Shown here piece by piece: positions 33,791-37,186 of a stretch of 37,186 nucleotides of DNA. The position numbers and the translations under genes are program-made. Each line of letters starts with the position of its first letter. The first letter of the stretch is position 1. The notes beneath the pieces are model-generated. The model was not told where the DNA came from, made no database searches, and saw only the letters and a program-made list of their open reading frames with translations. The DNA is from an uncultured Chitinophagales bacterium (lineage in GTDB: Bacteria > Bacteroidota > Ignavibacteria > UBA10030 > UBA6906): positions 1 to 37,186 of the forward strand of contig CAZJYO010000002.1 of assembly GCA_964550275.1 (NCBI GenBank), given 5' to 3'.

Positions 33791-35020
33791 TCAAAATTGA
33801 CTCGTATCCCGCCCGAATATGCGTGCTCTGATCCAATCCGTCAACACGGAGAATTTGTTTCTGAAACTGACAATTCTGGAAAGATACGCGGACCGCCAGA
33901 AAAGCCATGTTGTCCACCCCTTGCCTTTATACGTATTAAGGTCGGCAAGAGCACGATTGTTCCCGATGTATGCGAGCATGCCAAGATGAGTGTAAGCGAA
34001 CGGCTCAACGTTCCCGCCGCGTGCATGCGCATTCAAACATTTTCCGAGGTATTTTCCCTGTTGTTGCGCAACCTGTGCCGTGGCAGGAAGCGGTGCATTC
34101 TCGACAACACTACAATCTCCGATCGCGTAAATGCTGTTGTTGCTTTTGGCGCGAAAGAAGCTGTCGACAACAATCCTCCCCTGCTTGTCTTTCTCGAGCG
34201 GAATGTTCTTCACAAACGACACCGGGGCATTTCCCGCTGCCCAAAGCAGCAAGCCGTAATGAATTATTGAATCGTCCGCAAGGGTAAGCGACCGCTCATC
34301 CACGCGTGTTACCGGTGACTTTGCAAGAATACGAATACGTTGACGCCGAAAGATTTCCGTTGCGTAGCGGCGGAGCTTCTCATCAAATGTGCCGAGGATT
34401 TCATTTCCGGCCTCGACAATACTGATGCCGACATCAGCCGAAAGATGAGGATATAACTCCTGCAGGTCATCAAGAAGGAAATCATTTAACTCGGCTGCGA
34501 ATTCGACGCCGGTTGGCCCGCCGCCACAGACGACGAAATGCAGAAGCCGCTGTCGCTCCGCAACGGGAACCCCCGGAAGCGATGCCTGCTCAAAGTTCTT
34601 GATGATTCTTTGACGAAGAATGCTTGCATCACGAAGTTCTTTCAAGAAGAGCGCGTGCCCGGCAACGCCGGGAATGCCGTAGTCATTCGGCATTGCCCCG
34701 ACGGCAATCACGAGAATGCCATACGGCACATCGAATGCCCGCTGATTGGTTGCGCCTTTGCAGTGAACGATCCTCGTGGCAACATCAACCGATTCTGCCG
34801 ACGCATGAAAGAACCGGATGCCTTTGTTAGCGTCGCGTATGGGTTCAATGATACTGCGAAACTCGATGGTGCCTACCGCGGTGCTTGGCAACAGCGGCGT
34901 GAACAGAAAATGGTTGCGCGGACTGACAACGGTGACGTCATAGCCTGACCGAAGATGCTTGATCAGGTTGAACGCTCCGAAGCCGGTTCCCAGAATCAGG
35001 AGTTGTTGCAGTGACGGCAT
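33791..35020 (-). CDS. ndh: Type II NADH:quinone oxidoreductase (NDH-2), FAD/NAD(P)-binding
   Basis: LLILGTGFGAF...VVSPRNHFLFTPLLPS and a second dinucleotide fold VVCGGGPTGVEFAAEL, then IYAIGDC. Confidence 0.88.
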   Translation of the reverse strand: MPSLQQLLILGTGFGAFNLIKHLRSGYDVTVVSPRNHFLFTPLLPSTAVGTIEFRSIIEPIRDANKGIRFFHASAESVDVATRIVHCKGATNQRAFDVPYGILVIAVGAMPNDYGIPGVAGHALFLKELRDASILRQRIIKNFEQASLPGVPVAERQRLLHFVVCGGGPTGVEFAAELNDFLLDDLQELYPHLSADVGISIVEAGNEILGTFDEKLRRYATEIFRRQRIRILAKSPVTRVDERSLTLADDSIIHYGLLLWAAGNAPVSFVKNIPLEKDKQGRIVVDSFFRAKSNNSIYAIGDCSVVENAPLPATAQVAQQQGKYLGKCLNAHARGGNVEPFAYTHLGMLAYIGNNRALADLNTYKGKGWTTWLFWRSAYLSRIVSFRNKFSVLTDWIRARIFGRDTSQF

Positions 35021-35028
35021 GGCATCTC

Positions 35029-35059
35029 AAAAAAAAACCTGACGCCCACACGCCAGGTT
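35029..35059 (-). terminator. Rho-independent terminator after the TPR gene, abutting the ndh start
   Basis: On the minus strand, aacctg-N12-caggtt followed by a run of T. The T tract ends 8 nt before the ndh ATG. Confidence 0.6.
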
Positions 35060-35086
35060 GATGATGAAGCTGTGTGCCTGGATCCG

Positions 35087-36508
35087 CTACCCGCGGATAA
35101 GATTCTTAAACTCCTTGATGGAACGAACACCCGGAAACTCCTGCTCGAAGGTTGCCTTCTTCTCCGGGTCAATCAGAAATGCACTTCGGAGCGCGTCTAT
35201 AGCTTCGAGTGTTCTGTTCAGGACCATGAGCACTTTTGCTTTGCTGTACATCGCGTCCGCGCAAGAGGGTTGTGCTTCTAATGCATGTTCAAATGCCCGC
35301 AGTGATTGTCGGAAGTAGCGTAGCTCGAACAGCGTGTCGCCATAGTCAAGCCAGGCACCATGATTCATTGGCTCAAGTTTGGTCACCACGCGATAACTGA
35401 GAAGAGATTCGCGCAACCGGCCCATGTTATACAGGAGGTCTGCCTTGGCGTACCAAAGCTCCGGATAGTCCTTGCACAGCGTAATTGCCTTGTTGTAATC
35501 GGTTAACGCCTTGCGGTGTTGATTCAGGGAATCATAGCAACTCCCGCGACCGAAGAAAGACTCATAATGGTCCGGATCAACCTTGATTGCCTGGCCGAAG
35601 CACCGTATCGCTTCCTCGTATTCACCGAGTTCTTCAAATGCATTCCCCAAATTGTGCCATGCGGGCACGTCCTTTTCATCCAGTGTAAGTGCTTCGCGGT
35701 AGCAGGCAATCGCATCATGCAATCTGCCCATATTGGCGTACGCGTTGCCTTTGTTGTACCACGCGGCCGGGAAGTTTTCATGGATGGCGAGCGCCGTTTC
35801 GTAGCTTTCAATTGCTCGCGCGTATTGAAACATACGGTTGAGCACTATGCCGCGGTTGTACCACGCGTTGTAGTTGTACGGGTCAAGCGAAAGGTGGTCA
35901 TCGTAGCACTGGAGTGATTCCTCGGGTTTTTCAAGGTAGTCGAAGCAATATCCCAGTTCGTACCATGCGTCCCGGTGGTGCGGGTTCCCATCCAAAATGA
36001 ACCTGAAGATGGCAATGGCTTCCTCGTAGCGCCCTACTTTTTCATAACTGATGGCTTTGTTAAAGAGCGCATCTTCATTTGTCGGGTCGACCTCAAGAGC
36101 ACGCTCAAAACTGGCAAGCGCATCCTCGGTACTGCCCAGATCATCCAGCGCAATGCCCCGGTTCACAAGGGTCTCCGGGTCAACGGGGTTTAATTCGAGC
36201 GACTTGTTGTAGCACTCGACCGCTTCTTCATACTTGTAGAGATTGCTGAAAATAAGCCCCTGACGCTGCCAGGCATCGGCACTGTAGGGAACGAGGGTCA
36301 ACAACTGTTGGCTGAAATGGAGGGCGTCTTCGTACTTTTCATGCTCGACGTAGTATGCGATAATCTCTTCGAGCGCTTCAGTATTGGTGATGCTTCGCGG
36401 TCCATCCTTCATCATGTCCTGATACTTTTGCAACCCGTCTTCGAAGCGTTCCTTCCCCTCGTCTTCCGGCTCGTCATCAAACCCGCCGCTGAAATCAAGA
36501 GTACTCAT
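35087..36508 (-). CDS. Cytoplasmic tetratricopeptide repeat protein
   Basis: 473 aa with an acidic N-terminus and no signal peptide. About 12 canonical TPR units (AWYNKGNAYANMGRLHDAIACYREALTLD and similar). Confidence 0.85.
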   Translation of the reverse strand: MSTLDFSGGFDDEPEDEGKERFEDGLQKYQDMMKDGPRSITNTEALEEIIAYYVEHEKYEDALHFSQQLLTLVPYSADAWQRQGLIFSNLYKYEEAVECYNKSLELNPVDPETLVNRGIALDDLGSTEDALASFERALEVDPTNEDALFNKAISYEKVGRYEEAIAIFRFILDGNPHHRDAWYELGYCFDYLEKPEESLQCYDDHLSLDPYNYNAWYNRGIVLNRMFQYARAIESYETALAIHENFPAAWYNKGNAYANMGRLHDAIACYREALTLDEKDVPAWHNLGNAFEELGEYEEAIRCFGQAIKVDPDHYESFFGRGSCYDSLNQHRKALTDYNKAITLCKDYPELWYAKADLLYNMGRLRESLLSYRVVTKLEPMNHGAWLDYGDTLFELRYFRQSLRAFEHALEAQPSCADAMYSKAKVLMVLNRTLEAIDALRSAFLIDPEKKATFEQEFPGVRSIKEFKNLIRG

Positions 36509-36614
36509 GGATCGTTCCTTTACACGTTGATGAACGCGGCGGCATCTTCATCGTTTGTCCTTGCCGCTGATTTGAAGTAAACCAAAAGGAAATCGGAAGT
36601 CAAGAAGTTGGATT

Positions 36615-36679
36615 CCTCCGTATTTGGGACAACACGCATACCAATGACCAGCGTTTTGGTATTATTGAACCAACGGAGG
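36615..36679. other. Nested double hairpin in a divergent intergenic region
   Basis: Outer 7-bp stem cctccgt/acggagg (36615-21 / 36673-79). It encloses an inner 7-bp stem ataccaa/ttggtat (36638-44 / 36656-62). Confidence 0.45.
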
Positions 36680-36684
36680 TTTGA

Positions 36685-36713
36685 TTGATTTTCAGAACGA
36701 ATCAGAGTATATT
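36685..36713 (+). promoter_or_regulatory. Sigma70-like promoter TTGATT-17-TATATT for yggS
   Basis: -35 at 36685-36690, 17-nt spacer, -10 at 36708-36713. The ATG lies only 17 nt downstream, implying a very short leader. Confidence 0.5.
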
Positions 36714-36729
36714 AACCCCCTGATTTGTA

Positions 36730-37186
36730 ATGATCTCCGAGAATATTGCCCAAATCAGGCGCCGCATGGACAATGCGTGCCAACGCGCAGGGCGCAAACC
36801 GGATGACGTCACACTCATCGCCGTCTCGAAAACATTTCCCGGTGACGTTGTTGCTGGCGCAGTGACATCCGGCGTGCCGGATCTCGGCGAGAACTACGTT
36901 CAGGAAATGATTCAGAAGCGCGCGCTGCTTTCCGATCCCGCAATTCGCTGGCACTTCATCGGACACCTTCAATCGAACAAGGCGCGGCAGATTGTGGAAT
37001 GGGTCACGCTGATCCATTCACTGGAATCCGTTTCGCTTGCAAAAGAGCTTGACCGGCAGGCGTCGAAGGTTGGCAGACGAATCCGGGTGCTGGTTGAAGT
37101 GAATACCACCGGCACGGAATCGCAGTATGGTGTTTCACCGGACAAAACGATTGAGTTTGTGCGCAACCTGCAGGGTTTTCATGGGA
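36730..37186 (+). CDS. yggS: YggS family pyridoxal-phosphate-binding protein (5' partial, runs off the window)
   Basis: My own translation is MISENIAQIRRRMDNACQRAGRKPDDVTLIAVSKTFP...DLGENYVQE...IRWHFIGHLQSNKARQI...IHSLES. It is not in the ORF track because no stop is reached before the window ends. Confidence 0.85.
   Translation, partial: MISENIAQIRRRMDNACQRAGRKPDDVTLIAVSKTFPGDVVAGAVTSGVPDLGENYVQEMIQKRALLSDPAIRWHFIGHLQSNKARQIVEWVTLIHSLESVSLAKELDRQASKVGRRIRVLVEVNTTGTESQYGVSPDKTIEFVRNLQGFHG

Noticed and set aside
36615-36679. A 7-bp outer stem suggested a tRNA-like acceptor stem
   Set aside because: It is only 65 nt long, with one internal 7-bp stem carrying an 11-nt loop. There are no D arm, T arm or GTTC motifs in the right place on either strand. 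It is kept as an unexplained hairpin, not a tRNA.
1-37186. Scan for CRISPR arrays, rRNA/tRNA genes, prophage or defence-island hallmarks
   Set aside because: No regularly spaced direct repeats, no rRNA/tRNA signatures, and no recombinase, nuclease-helicase or toxin-antitoxin-like small gene pairs were seen. Gene content is housekeeping plus envelope and signalling functions.

Overview
The window is a 37.2-kb stretch of ordinary chromosome with about 55% GC. It most likely comes from an FCB-superphylum bacterium of the Ignavibacteria, Chlorobi or Bacteroidetes type. The evidence for that is a PorV/PorQ-family barrel, a cargo protein with a T9SS C-terminal sorting domain, DUF2851, and DUF4159. 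I found no rRNA, tRNA, CRISPR array, transposase, integrase or phage genes. I call about 27 CDSs. On the + strand: DUF4159, AbgT transporter, 1125-aa coiled-coil membrane protein, M14 carboxypeptidase, ECF sigma, ZAS anti-sigma, FkbM methyltransferase, Lon, DnaX, PorV-like barrel and a lipoprotein. On the - strand: a four-gene sensory operon (exported protein, FecR-domain protein, 800-aa putative OM barrel, CHASE2-class III cyclase), then rseP and dxr. On the + strand again: TPR protein, exported conserved protein and a small OM barrel. On the - strand again: T9SS cargo, DUF2851, pyrF, cytochrome P460-like lipoprotein, NDH-2 and a TPR protein. A partial yggS on the + strand runs off the 3' edge and is absent from the ORF track. 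My best candidate for an undescribed system is the FecR / barrel / CHASE2-cyclase operon at 15604-22133. Secondary candidates are the ECF / ZAS anti-sigma / FkbM unit and the DUF4159 / giant Q/M-rich coiled-coil module. Observations made directly on the sequence: (1) abgT is bracketed by ~78-bp direct repeats made of the DUF4159 3' coding end. (2) dnaX contains an A9 run with stops 2 and 6 codons away in the two alternative frames, suggesting tau/gamma recoding. (3) A lipoprotein ORF has no ATG/GTG/TTG start, but has a GAGG-N7-ATT. (4) The 290-nt gap after dnaX is rich in hairpins. (5) A perfect 30-bp fold-back palindrome sits at the first base of the window. (6) Several promoters match the TTGACA-17-TATATT pattern. 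All family assignments come from motif recognition by eye, and no database search was run.
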